In this document: positions 51,381-60,600 of the stretch, in pieces | How the letters are laid out: every line of letters starts with the position of its first letter | How positions within the stretch are numbered: position 1 is the first letter of the stretch | DNA from: an uncultured bacterium | GTDB lineage: Bacteria; Verrucomicrobiota; Lentisphaeria; Victivallales; Victivallaceae | Reading direction: 5' to 3' | NCBI GenBank assembly: GCA_949297015.1 | Contig: CASFRF010000050.1 | Location: forward strand, 903-64,902 | DNA: 64,000 nt | The notes under the pieces: model-generated | Seen by the model: the letters and a program-made list of their open reading frames with translations, nothing else | The model's database searches: none | Told to the model about the DNA's origin: nothing | Program-made: the position numbers and the translations under genes

Positions 51381-54300
51381 ATGGGCGGATCGGGAAAACA
51401 GTGGCTTTGGCTGCTGGCGTTGCTGCTGGCCGGAACCGGCAGCTGGGCCGGGGGCGGACGCAACCGGGCGGTCAACTCGCCGGTATCCATTTCCTACGCG
51501 AGGACGGCGCCGGTGATCGACGGCGACCTCGGGGAGTGGAGCTCGGAGGAGGCGGTCAATCTGGGATTGGCCTACTACGGCGGCGCGGGCGGCAGCATCG
51601 GGGTGTTTCACGACTACTCCTGCCGGGCGCAGCTGCGCTACGATGACCGGAATCTGTATCTGGGGGTGTGGTTCAACCGGCCGGTGCGGTCGACGCCGGA
51701 AGGGGCGGGCGCCCCGACGGTGCCCCCCGGCGACGGGTTGGTGCTGGGGCGGGGGCGGCATCCGTTTATCGCCTTCTACCCGGGGCCCGACGGTACTTTG
51801 CAGGCCTGGGGGCTGAGCGATTCGCTCGGCCGGGGCGAAAGCGTGGCGCTGCCGGAGGTCCGGCAGGCGATTCAGCGGCAGAGTCCGGAGCGCTGGACGT
51901 ATGAAATCGCCGTGCCGCTGTCGCTGCTGGAGCTCGATCCGGTGCGGAATCCGGAAATCCGGCTGGCGCTGGAGGTCTGTTATGCGAATTTCGATCCCGA
52001 AGCCGGTTATCGCGCCTGGTTCAAGACGCCCGAAAGCGGCAACCGCTGGGGCGCGGGCATGGCTTGGGGGATCTCCGACGGGGTGATCGAGCCGACGCTG
52101 CCGGAGGTGCCGATGAGTCCTTCGCGCGGGGCGACGGTGACGCTGGCCGCCGCCGGAACCCGGTCGCCGGGCAATGCGACGGTGGTGCGCTGGGGCAACG
52201 AGCGCACCCTGACCGACCGGCTGATCGCGGTCCCGGCGGGCCAGATCCGGCTCGACGGCCGACTCAGCCCGGGCGAGTGGGCGGAGGAGTCCGGGACGGT
52301 CATCGCCTTTGAGCCGACCCTGCTGCCCGGACGGTACGGGGTCAAGGTCTTTCTGGCCTACGACCAGGCGGGGCTGTACCTCGGGCTGCGGTTCGCCGGG
52401 GGCACTCACCGGAACATCTGCGACCCGGCCGTTTATGAATATGGCTACGAGGGCGGCGACTCCGTGCAGCTGCGCCTGAAAATCGGGGACCGGGTCACCC
52501 ACCTCGACGCCTGGTACTGCGACGACGCCAGAAAAGATGCGGTCGGCATCCAGTACGGCGAAAACTTCAACGAGGGCCGGATCCCCGACGCCATCACCCG
52601 GGGCGGCGCCGTCAGCAAAGTCTCCCCCCGGCCGGAGGGCGGCTACGATCAGGAACTCTTTCTGCCCTGGTCGCTGATCGCGCCGGAGGGGGTGACGCCG
52701 AAACTCGGCGACACCCTGCAGCTGGTCTTCGACCTCTGGTTCGGCGGGCGCGAGGGCAACCGGGTGCCGTTCGTCCTCAACGGCTCCTTTGAACCCGACA
52801 CCGCGGTGGTCAAGCTCCCCTTCACCGCGCCGGTCGACGGGGTGTACAGCGCGATGATTCTCGACGCCTCCGGCCGGGGAATCACCCGGGCGGCCAGCAT
52901 GGTCCGGCTGAAAAAGGGCGAACAGCTCACTTGGGACGGGCGCGACGAATATCACAAGCTGGTCCCGCCGGGGAAATACGCCTTTAAAGGAATTTATCAC
53001 ACCGGAATCGACCTGAAGTATCTGATGACCTACAACTCCCCCGGCAAGCCGCCGTGGCAGACCGCCGACGGCCGCGGCGAGTGGGGCGGCGACCATTCGC
53101 CCCCGCAGGGCGCGGTCAGCGACGGCGAACATCTGTACTTCGCCTGGGTCGGGGCCGAGGACGGCTACAGTCTGCTCTGCACCGATCTGGCCGGGCAGCG
53201 GCAATGGGGCTACTACCAGCAGCCGCGGGGCACGCCCTCGGGCAATTCGCTGCTGGCGATCGACAACGGCGTGATCTATCTGCTCAACGACATCATGACC
53301 CGCCACTGGCACGGCCGGGCGCCGGGGGAGAAGGAGCTGGCCTACTTCGCGACCGTGATCTCGGCCTACGACGCCCGGACCGGTTCGCTGACCGCCTTCT
53401 CGCGGGAGACCCCGGCGGTGACGCTGCGGGAGTTCAGCACCCGGGAGACGCCCAATCACTGGTTCTTCGAGGTCTGGCAGGATCACCGGAACTTTACCGT
53501 GGACAACGCCTGGCACCGCGATTTCTACTGGTTCAGCGACCGCATGACCGGCGGCTCCGGCACCGGCATCGCCGCCCGGGACGGCAAAGTCTACGTCTCG
53601 CTGCGGCTGGACAACGTGGTCAAGGTCTTCGACGGCGCGACCATGCGGGAGCTGCGGGCGTTGCCGCTGCCCAAACCCGGCGCGCTGGCCTTCGACCGGC
53701 AGGGGCGGCTGTTCGCGCTGAGCGGGGATCAGCTCTGCGAACTGGACCCGGAGAGCGGCCGGGTACTCCGGACGGTGGTGACCGGCCTGAAGGCGCCGGC
53801 GGGGCTGCTGGTCGATGACGCCGGGCAGTTCTATGTGTCGCTGTGGGGCGACCGGCAGTGCATCGAAGTGTACGACGCGCAGGGCCGGGCGGTGCGGACC
53901 ATCGGCAAGCCCGGCGGGCGCAACTGGGTCGGCCGCTTCGAGGAGGAGGGCATGCTGTTCCCGCAGCAGATGGCGCTGGATCGGAACGGCGAACTGTGGG
54001 TGACGGAGAACATCGATTCACCGCGGCGGATCAGCGTCTGGAACTCCGCCAATGGCCGCTATCTGCGCGATTACATCGGCAGCACCAACTACGGCGGCAT
54101 CACCGGGGGCTACCTGGATCCGGAGGAGCCCACGATCGGATTGTCGTCCACGACGCTGTTCAAGCTGGACTTCGACCGGAAGACCAGTCGGCCGTTGGCC
54201 ACGCTGTGGCGCCGGTTCGACCGCAATCAATATCTCTCGCCGGAGGTCCAGTTCGGGTCGCTCCCCGGCTTTGTCCGGCACGACGGCCGGTTGTATCTGG

Positions 54301-56015
54301 GGCTCTACTGCCGTTCGGCCTTTGTGGTCGGCGAAATCACGAAGGAGGGGGTGTTCGTCGCCCGGGCGGCGGTCGGCGGCATCTTCAACCGCGGCGACGT
54401 CGAGCGCGCGCTGCCGGACGACAAGCTGGAGTGGCCGATGACCGTGGCGCCGGAGTTCTTCCACCGCAAGGTGGCGCCGCCGCCGGGGTCGAACTACATC
54501 TGGTGCGACCGGAACGGCGACGGCCTGATGAGCGAGGACGAGGTCGAGTTCCGCCCGGCCGACGACTTCATGGGGGTGATGGAAGGCTACTGGGGCGGCG
54601 GTCGGCTGGCGGAGGACTTCACCATCTACAAACCCTCCACCCACGGCGTCCGGCGGATGTTCGGATTCAAGGTCAAGGAGTGGCTGCCCAACGGCGCGCC
54701 GGTCTACTCCTTCGATCAGGTCGAAGCGCTGGCGCCCTTCGTCGGCGAGGTCGGCGGAACGCTGGTCGACCGCGCGAAGAACAGCATCAACAACCAGTTC
54801 GGCGAATGGCGCAAGTGGTCGAATGACGAGACCCGTCTGACCAGCTACGCCCCCGACGGCACCGTCAACTGGAGCTACTTCACCGGCAACGAGGGCGACC
54901 GCACCCCCGGCAACATCGTGGGCGAGAAGTTGATGGGCCCGTTCAAGGTCAACGACGAGCTCGGCGAGATCTTCACCATGACCCAGTGGCACGGCTGCTA
55001 TCTGCCGCTGATCACCACCGACGGCATCTACTTCGGCCGGGTGCTGCGCGATCCGGCCGCGGGCGGCCCGGCGGGGCCGGACATCTATCGCGGCGAGTCG
55101 ATTCAGGCGGCCACGCTGCTCAAGGATGGACGGCTGATCTTCACCCACGGCAAGAACGCCCACAACCTCTTCGAGGTCACCGGGCTGGATCGCGCCCGCC
55201 GCTTCGCGGGGGAGTTTGAACTGACCGCCGCCGATCTCGACCGGGCGCGGGCGCTGGAGGCGCGGCAGCAGGAGGAGGCGAGCCGCCGGGAACCGGTCAA
55301 GCTCATGATCTACCCCGAATGCAAAATCGAAATCGACGGCGAGCTCGGAGAGTGGGATTGGAACACCGCTTCGCGCATCGGCGGCCCGGACCGGCCCCGC
55401 GCCGAAGTGGCGCTGGCCAGTCTGATGCACGACAGCACCCTCTATCTGGCGTTCAAGGTGTACAAGGACGGCCGGTACGTCAACAAGGCCTCCCGGGTGC
55501 AGCAGTTGTTCATCGGCGGTGACGCGGTGGAGCTGCAGTTCAACAACGATCCGCAGCGTCCGGCCCGGCGCACGATGGGCGACGGCGACCGCCGGATCGT
55601 GATCGGCAAATTCGAGGGGCGGCCGGTGGCGGTGTTCTACAACGCCCGGGTGCCGTTCACCAGGCAGCCGGTCGGCTTCTCCAGCCCGGCGCGCACCATC
55701 TACTTCGATCAGGTGCAGGAGCTTCCGGGGGTGCAGATTGCGATCAAGGACACCGACTACGGTTACAACGTGGAGGCCCGGATCCCCATGCACGGGGTGA
55801 TCACCGCGGCGGAGGCTCCGGGCTTCTGGTGGCACGATCAGCTGGTGCGCGGGGATGTCGGCGTGATCATCGGCGACGCCACCGGGCGCCGGGTGCAGCG
55901 GCTTTACCGGTTCAATCAGGACGCCACCATCGTCAATGACATCCCCTCGGAGGCGGAGCTCACGCCGCAGAACTGGGGAACGTTCCAGGTGGTCGACACC
56001 ACGGTGAAAAATTGA
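51381..56015 (+). CDS. giant secreted protein (1544 aa): CBM9/DOMON-like modules, FlgD-Ig-like domain, NHL-like beta-propeller
   Basis: Signal peptide WLWLLALLLAGTGSWA. Three (I/L)DGxLxEW modules (TAPVIDGDLGEW, IRLDGRLSPGEW, IEIDGELGEW). TWDGRDEYHKLVPPGKYAFKG (FlgD-Ig-like). Propeller-like repeats (GQFYVSLWGDRQCIEVYD, NGELWVTENIDSPRRISVWN). Paralogous to the 57614 protein. Confidence 0.7.
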   Translation: MGGSGKQWLWLLALLLAGTGSWAGGGRNRAVNSPVSISYARTAPVIDGDLGEWSSEEAVNLGLAYYGGAGGSIGVFHDYSCRAQLRYDDRNLYLGVWFNRPVRSTPEGAGAPTVPPGDGLVLGRGRHPFIAFYPGPDGTLQAWGLSDSLGRGESVALPEVRQAIQRQSPERWTYEIAVPLSLLELDPVRNPEIRLALEVCYANFDPEAGYRAWFKTPESGNRWGAGMAWGISDGVIEPTLPEVPMSPSRGATVTLAAAGTRSPGNATVVRWGNERTLTDRLIAVPAGQIRLDGRLSPGEWAEESGTVIAFEPTLLPGRYGVKVFLAYDQAGLYLGLRFAGGTHRNICDPAVYEYGYEGGDSVQLRLKIGDRVTHLDAWYCDDARKDAVGIQYGENFNEGRIPDAITRGGAVSKVSPRPEGGYDQELFLPWSLIAPEGVTPKLGDTLQLVFDLWFGGREGNRVPFVLNGSFEPDTAVVKLPFTAPVDGVYSAMILDASGRGITRAASMVRLKKGEQLTWDGRDEYHKLVPPGKYAFKGIYHTGIDLKYLMTYNSPGKPPWQTADGRGEWGGDHSPPQGAVSDGEHLYFAWVGAEDGYSLLCTDLAGQRQWGYYQQPRGTPSGNSLLAIDNGVIYLLNDIMTRHWHGRAPGEKELAYFATVISAYDARTGSLTAFSRETPAVTLREFSTRETPNHWFFEVWQDHRNFTVDNAWHRDFYWFSDRMTGGSGTGIAARDGKVYVSLRLDNVVKVFDGATMRELRALPLPKPGALAFDRQGRLFALSGDQLCELDPESGRVLRTVVTGLKAPAGLLVDDAGQFYVSLWGDRQCIEVYDAQGRAVRTIGKPGGRNWVGRFEEEGMLFPQQMALDRNGELWVTENIDSPRRISVWNSANGRYLRDYIGSTNYGGITGGYLDPEEPTIGLSSTTLFKLDFDRKTSRPLATLWRRFDRNQYLSPEVQFGSLPGFVRHDGRLYLGLYCRSAFVVGEITKEGVFVARAAVGGIFNRGDVERALPDDKLEWPMTVAPEFFHRKVAPPPGSNYIWCDRNGDGLMSEDEVEFRPADDFMGVMEGYWGGGRLAEDFTIYKPSTHGVRRMFGFKVKEWLPNGAPVYSFDQVEALAPFVGEVGGTLVDRAKNSINNQFGEWRKWSNDETRLTSYAPDGTVNWSYFTGNEGDRTPGNIVGEKLMGPFKVNDELGEIFTMTQWHGCYLPLITTDGIYFGRVLRDPAAGGPAGPDIYRGESIQAATLLKDGRLIFTHGKNAHNLFEVTGLDRARRFAGEFELTAADLDRARALEARQQEEASRREPVKLMIYPECKIEIDGELGEWDWNTASRIGGPDRPRAEVALASLMHDSTLYLAFKVYKDGRYVNKASRVQQLFIGGDAVELQFNNDPQRPARRTMGDGDRRIVIGKFEGRPVAVFYNARVPFTRQPVGFSSPARTIYFDQVQELPGVQIAIKDTDYGYNVEARIPMHGVITAAEAPGFWWHDQLVRGDVGVIIGDATGRRVQRLYRFNQDATIVNDIPSEAELTPQNWGTFQVVDTTVKN

Positions 56016-56032
56016 GCGGGAAGGAGATTCAA

Positions 56033-56791
56033 ATGAAGTGGAAATCTGCTCTGCTGATGTTGCTGCTCTGCGGTTGTGTCTTCGGCGAACTGCCGCCGGT
56101 TCCGTTCACCGTCTGGGACCTCGATTTTGAGAACGAGACGGTCGGGGCGCCGCCCCGGAAACTGACCGCCGACGAAATCGAGAAGGCCGGAGCCGAGCCG
56201 TGGGCGCAGCTGCCGGTGAAAACCATCTCCGGAATGGACTTCATCACCGCCGAGAAGTTCGCGGTGATCGAGGAGGCGCCCAACGGCTTCCGGAGCAAGG
56301 CGCTGACCCTGCAGTTCCAGACCACCGCTCAGCCCCACTGGGGGCCGCGGGTCTATGTGCAGGTGCCGGAGGTGGTCCGGAAAAACGCGGAGCTGCTGAA
56401 GCTCACTTGGGAGATGTCCAAGAGCAACCGGAGCCGGGTCGCCGGCATGCAGCTGCAGCCGGTGCTGGAGATCCTTCATTACGAGAACGGCGAGAACAAG
56501 GTCAACGCCCGTTCCACGCTGTCCCGGTACGCCGCCGGGACTCCGAGCCGCTACGAACTGCTTTTGAACTGCCGGACCCGCGAGTTCGAGGTCCGGGCTG
56601 TCGGGGCGGACTCCGAGCCGGTCCGGGGCAAGTGGAACAACCCCGCCGTCGAGGCGCCGCAGGTGTTGATGTTTTCGGGGCTGTTCCCCGGCGGCAACGT
56701 CGGCAGCACCGGCAGTCTGAGCGTGGACAATATCCGATTGACCGTCGAGAAGTGGAAATCACAGCAACCCGGAGGAGAGGAGGGAAAATGA
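56033..56791 (+). CDS. secreted/lipoprotein-like hypothetical protein (252 aa)
   Basis: Start ATG 56033 after a [30 protein letters not shown] signal sequence. Ends [11 protein letters not shown], suggestive of a lectin/jelly-roll-like fold. Confidence 0.6.
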   Translation: MKWKSALLMLLLCGCVFGELPPVPFTVWDLDFENETVGAPPRKLTADEIEKAGAEPWAQLPVKTISGMDFITAEKFAVIEEAPNGFRSKALTLQFQTTAQPHWGPRVYVQVPEVVRKNAELLKLTWEMSKSNRSRVAGMQLQPVLEILHYENGENKVNARSTLSRYAAGTPSRYELLLNCRTREFEVRAVGADSEPVRGKWNNPAVEAPQVLMFSGLFPGGNVGSTGSLSVDNIRLTVEKWKSQQPGGEEGK

Positions 56792-57570
56792 AACGGACTC
56801 ATTCGGAATCGTGGCGGACCGGCCTTCCGGCGTTGTTCCGGAGTGCGGTATTCTTCACTTTGATTGAACTGCTGGTGGTGATCGCGATCATCGCGATTCT
56901 CGCCTCGATGCTGCTGCCGGCGCTGAATTCGGCGCGCAGCCGCGCCCACCGGGCGGCCTGCGTCAGCAACCTCAAGCAGGCGGTGCTGACCATGCAGTCC
57001 TATGCCGACGACAACGCGGATATGAGCTGCGGCAAGCACATGTCCGACCCCCGGCTGCCGAACGGCGGTTATGTGCGCTGGTACTACTGGGTGCAGCGCT
57101 ACACCGGGCGCCCGGCCGGGAACAACAACGACAAACTGTTGCGGTGCCTGGGGGACAAGAGCAACTTCAACGGCGGCTATTACAACAACTACGGGTACAA
57201 CGGGGAGACCTGTACCAACGATGGAACTCCCTATATCGGCATGGATTCGCGCAAGGTGTCGCGGATCCGCTACGCCACCGAGATCATGTGGATCGGTGAA
57301 GGGTTCATGACCTCGCAGGGCGGCGACGCCATCAGTATGGACAACTGCGCGGCCCGGATCGCCACCAAATACGGCGACGACACCGTGGGCTGGACCCGGA
57401 CCTACGAGGAGATGCTTCATCACGAGATGAGCGGGAATTACGCCTTTGTCGACGGCCATGTCGCCAACCGGAAACTCAGTCAGCTGCTGCCGGAGATCGC
57501 CAAAGGCATGCAGTGGTGGTCGAGCCCGACGGACGGCTCCAAGTTCTACGATCCGTGGCAGGTCTGGTAG
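56788..57570 (+). CDS. prepilin-type N-terminal cleavage/methylation-domain protein, DUF1559-like (second copy)
   Basis: Start ATG 56788 (ATGA overlap). [29 protein letters not shown], and C-terminal NYAFVDGHV. Paralog of the 35260..36057 gene. Confidence 0.8.
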   Translation: MKRTHSESWRTGLPALFRSAVFFTLIELLVVIAIIAILASMLLPALNSARSRAHRAACVSNLKQAVLTMQSYADDNADMSCGKHMSDPRLPNGGYVRWYYWVQRYTGRPAGNNNDKLLRCLGDKSNFNGGYYNNYGYNGETCTNDGTPYIGMDSRKVSRIRYATEIMWIGEGFMTSQGGDAISMDNCAARIATKYGDDTVGWTRTYEEMLHHEMSGNYAFVDGHVANRKLSQLLPEIAKGMQWWSSPTDGSKFYDPWQVW

Positions 57571-57613
57571 CTCGATTGCCGACGTGTTTTCGGAATAACC
57601 AGCAGGATCTTTT

Positions 57614-60600
57614 ATGCGTAAAATCCATTCGCTTATCGCGTTGCTGGCGCTGGGCGTCGGCGTCGGCGCCGCGCAGTTGAACGAGGTCACCATCCGCCCG
57701 GTGCCCTATGCCGCCCGCCCGCCCTCTCTGCGCGGGGAGATGAAGGAGTACGCCGCCGCCTCCGGGTTCCGCGCCACGCCGCTGGCCGCCGGGGAGGCCG
57801 GGCTGGTGCACGGCGGCGCCCGGACCGGATTCGATTTCCCCGCCGAGGCGACCTATACGGAGGTGAGTTTCTACTTCGATCGCGACCAGTTGTATCTGGC
57901 GCTGGATTGGAACGACCCTACACCCGCCTGCAACGACACCCCGCTCGAGCGGCCCGAAAACTGGCATTCCGGCGACGGCTTCCAATTTTCGCTGGCAGGC
58001 CCGGCGGGGGTGACCGAACTGGTGGCGTTTCCGGTCGAGAAGGGCCGGAAATTGGCGGTGTTCCGGCGGCGCGGAACCCGGTTCGAGCCGCTCTCCGGAC
58101 TCAAAACCGCCATCCATCTGCGGTCCGACGGTTCCGGCTGGAATTGTGAACTGGTTCTGCCCTGGGCGGTGCTGGGGCTGCCGGGGGCGCCGGAACAGGC
58201 GCTGGAGATCGGCTGGACCTTCGCCTGGAGCGGGCTGGGGCTGCCGGTGCTGAACCAATTGACCGAAGCCGAGCTGCGGGAGACCTGCCACACCTCGCTG
58301 TCGCTGGTGGCGCAGGAACAGAAATTCCGGATCAACAATCATCTGCAGCAGCCCGGAGACTGGGGGACGGTCCGTTTCGGCGAGGCCGCCGATCAGGTGC
58401 TCGAGACCAGTCGGGGGCACAACTACACCGCCGTCGGCTGTCCGGCCGGCAGCGCCCGGATCGACGGACAACTGGAGGAGTGGCCGGAGTCGGCGTTCAA
58501 GGCGTTTTCGTCGTTCGGTCCGCTCACGGACGACCTCTTTTCCGGAGCCTTCGCGCTGCGGTTTGACGCGGAAAATCTGTACCTGGCGCTGCGTATGCGC
58601 AGCGAAGCGGGGAGGCCGATCAACTTCGCTACCCAGGAGAGCTGTGCGGGCTACGGCGGCGGTGACTGTTTCCAGGTGCGGCTCGCCGCGCCCAACGGGT
58701 TCAGCACCAGTTTCTGCGCCTGGTATGACTCCAAAAACCGGCGCCCGGCCCTGACCGTGGACGGCAAGGAGTATCCCACGCCGTTTCTGCTCGAGGCCGG
58801 AGCCGAGCTGGCCTTTACCGGCGAGCCGCAACAGAACCGTTACCTCATGGAGCTGAAAGTGCCGTGGAAGGCGCTGCTCAACGGCCGGGCCCGGCCGCCG
58901 CAGGCGGGCGAGGAGTGGTGTTTCACGCTGCAGCCCTGGTGGCGGATGAGTTCGCGTTTCGCCTACGTCTCCCGGCTCGAATGCCAGTCGCTGCCGCCGC
59001 TCTCCTTCAGCTACCGGATGCCTGCGGACGGCCAGCTGGCGCTGGGTATCTTCAACGCCCGCGGCGAGCTGCTGCGCCAGCTGGTGAAAATGGAGTTCCG
59101 GCCGCGCGGACCGAACACCGAATTCTGGGACGGCAAGGATCAGTACGGCAAGGTCGTCCCCGCCGGAACCTACGAGCTCCGGGGCATTGTGACCGACGCG
59201 GTCCACGGCGTCTACGAGTTCACCTTGGGCAATCCGGGCAATCCGCCCTGGCCCACCGGTGACGGCAAGGGCGATTACATTTCCGATCAGGCCAATCTGC
59301 AGTCCGTGGTCACCGACGGGGAGAAGTTCTTCATCGCCGCGCCCGGCGCCGAAAAGGGGTTCGGCATTGCGGCCTTCGACGGTCGGGGCAACCGACTGTG
59401 GGGGTTGAACGAGGCCATCGGCGGGCGCTCGGTGGCGCTGGCGCTCTGTCGGGACAAGCTGTATGCGCTCTATTCGGGGCCTTCCCCCACCGACAACTCC
59501 ATGGTCTACAACGGCAAAAACGCGGTCGGGAAGAACTGGCTGGTCTGTCTGGACAAAAACACCGGGCAGCGGCTGGACTTCTCCCGGCGCGAACCCATGA
59601 CCGAGATCGCCAGCTATCCCTATCGCGAGGAGGTTACGCCGCTCTGGGAGCTGATCGCCGGCCGGAACTTCAGTCTGCGCCGGTACGCCGGGCAGCCCCG
59701 TTATTTCGACGCCGACATGGGCGAATCCACCGCCGGCGTCGGACTGGCCGCGCAGCCGGAGCGGTTGATCGTGGCGGATATCTATCAGAATCGGCTCGAG
59801 CTCTACGAACCGCAGAGCGCCCGCCGGATCGGAGAGTTCCCCCTGCCGCAGCCCGGCGGGCTCCACGCCTTGAACGAGCACGAGATTCTGGCCGTCTCCG
59901 GCCGGAAAGTCGTCAAGATCGATTTCCGGACCAACGCAGTCACGCCGGTGATCGACTCCGGACTGGAGGCCCCGGCCTATGTGACCAGCGACCGCGCCGG
60001 CAACCTCTACGTTTCGGACTGGGGAAAATCCTTTCAGGTCAAGAAATTCGACCGCAACGGCAAATTCCTGCTCGCCATCGGGCGCCCCGGCGGTCGGCCC
60101 TGGCTCGGAAAATTCGACCGCGACGGCATGCTGCTGCCCCGGGGCATCGCGGTCAAGAACGACGGCGAGCTGATTGTGGTCGAAGAGGATCCGCTGCCCA
60201 AGCGGGTCAGTTTCTGGGATGCCGCCTCCGGCCGGTTCCGGCGCGACTGGATCGGACCGACGCCCTACGGCGGAGGCACCTTCTTCTGGGTGGATCAGGA
60301 CGATCCGGCCATCATGCACGCCATGGGCACCCGGTTCAAGGTGGACTGGGAGAACGGCGGGCGCAGTGAAGTGCTGGCCACCGAGATGCGGCGGCTCGCC
60401 GCCGATCAGCTGGTGCCAAACGGACACAGCTGCATGGGGTACGCGCCCAGGGTGCTCCGGCGCGACGGCCGGGAGTGGGTGGCCATCTACACCCGGCGGA
60501 CCTTGATGATTCTGCGGCGCGAGGGCGATCGTTACGTTCCGGCCGCGGCGCTGGGCGGTCTCCACCGCTGGACCACCGACGACGGGACCCGGGAGTATGT

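Noticed and set aside
49386-53516. 1376-aa minus-strand ORF spanning xylB, the intergenic promoter region, the GntR gene and part of the first giant gene.
   Set aside because: It crosses an AT-rich divergent promoter region and three well-supported genes. Its composition is again Arg/Pro/Gly dominated. This is a high-GC artefact.
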